Shown here piece after piece: positions 63,491 to 64,000 of a stretch of 64,000 nt of DNA; position 1 is the first letter of the stretch, and every line of letters begins with the position of its first letter. Source of the DNA: Eledone cirrhosa. Lineage: Eukaryota. Under the pieces are notes generated by a model. It searched no databases. It was not told where the DNA came from and saw nothing but the letters and a program-made list of their open reading frames with translations. Made by a program: the position numbers and the translations under genes. The stretch is taken from contig OZ024741.1 of assembly GCA_964016885.1 (NCBI GenBank), forward strand, positions 358,918,001-358,982,000. The letters are read 5' to 3'.

Positions 63491-64000
63491 CTGAATAGAC
63501 AACAAAAACAAAACAAAAAAATATTTTAATAAATTAATCTATTATATTAAAGCTGTTTTATAATAATGTCAGTTATGCTGAAAACGAGATGGAATGATTG
63601 TATGTATGTGAGAGAAGGGGGAGAAAAAGCATGGTGGTGATGCTGGTGTTTTTTTTTTATCTCATTCTGTAACAAGTCTTTATGTAAATGAGATGAGAAG
63701 ACTGTGTGAGAGAGAGAGGTTTTGGATGCACTTATAATCTCATACTGTAACATGTCTTTATGGAAAGGGGATGGTAAAAGTGAGTATGCAACTTATTTTT
63801 TAAATCCCAGCTAATTATACTCATTGGGTGTCTATGCATAACTTATAAATAAAATATTTAAAATGTCTTTAATATAATAATGAAAATATTGTGTACAGTG
63901 TTCAGGTGCACTACAACTCATCAAAAGTGTATGTATAGTACATAGGGTAATGTACAAACGTTGGGAAAATGAACAGTGCATGAGTCATGATATACACATG

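Overview
Eukaryotic animal DNA, very AT-rich. The SINE and RTE motifs look octopod/cephalopod-like, which is an inference from recalled repeat motifs and not from a search. Positions 1 to ~49 kb are a nest of young mobile elements inserted in compound (TA)n microsatellites. These are: about 18 RTE-clade LINE copies from 4 families (one full-length with APE, RT and an internal PHD-type finger), 3 non-autonomous RTE-like elements, 2 CR1-group LINE pieces, a complete DD37D (maT) Tc1/mariner, tRNA-derived SINEs, and many short Penelope-like (PLE) or retrozyme-like elements. The PLE-like elements carry about 14 type-I hammerhead ribozyme (HHR) motifs, read by eye. They include a 591-nt-period tandem with two variant-core HHRs and a perfect 374-bp palindrome with an HHR on each strand. 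From ~49 to 64 kb is older intronic DNA with decayed SINEs/MITEs, one clear GRAMD4-like exon (minus strand) and three candidate phase-0 exons. The repeat nest therefore probably lies in a giant intron. The Tyr/Ile-rich ORFs are microsatellite artefacts. Coordinates were counted by hand and may be off by a few bases.
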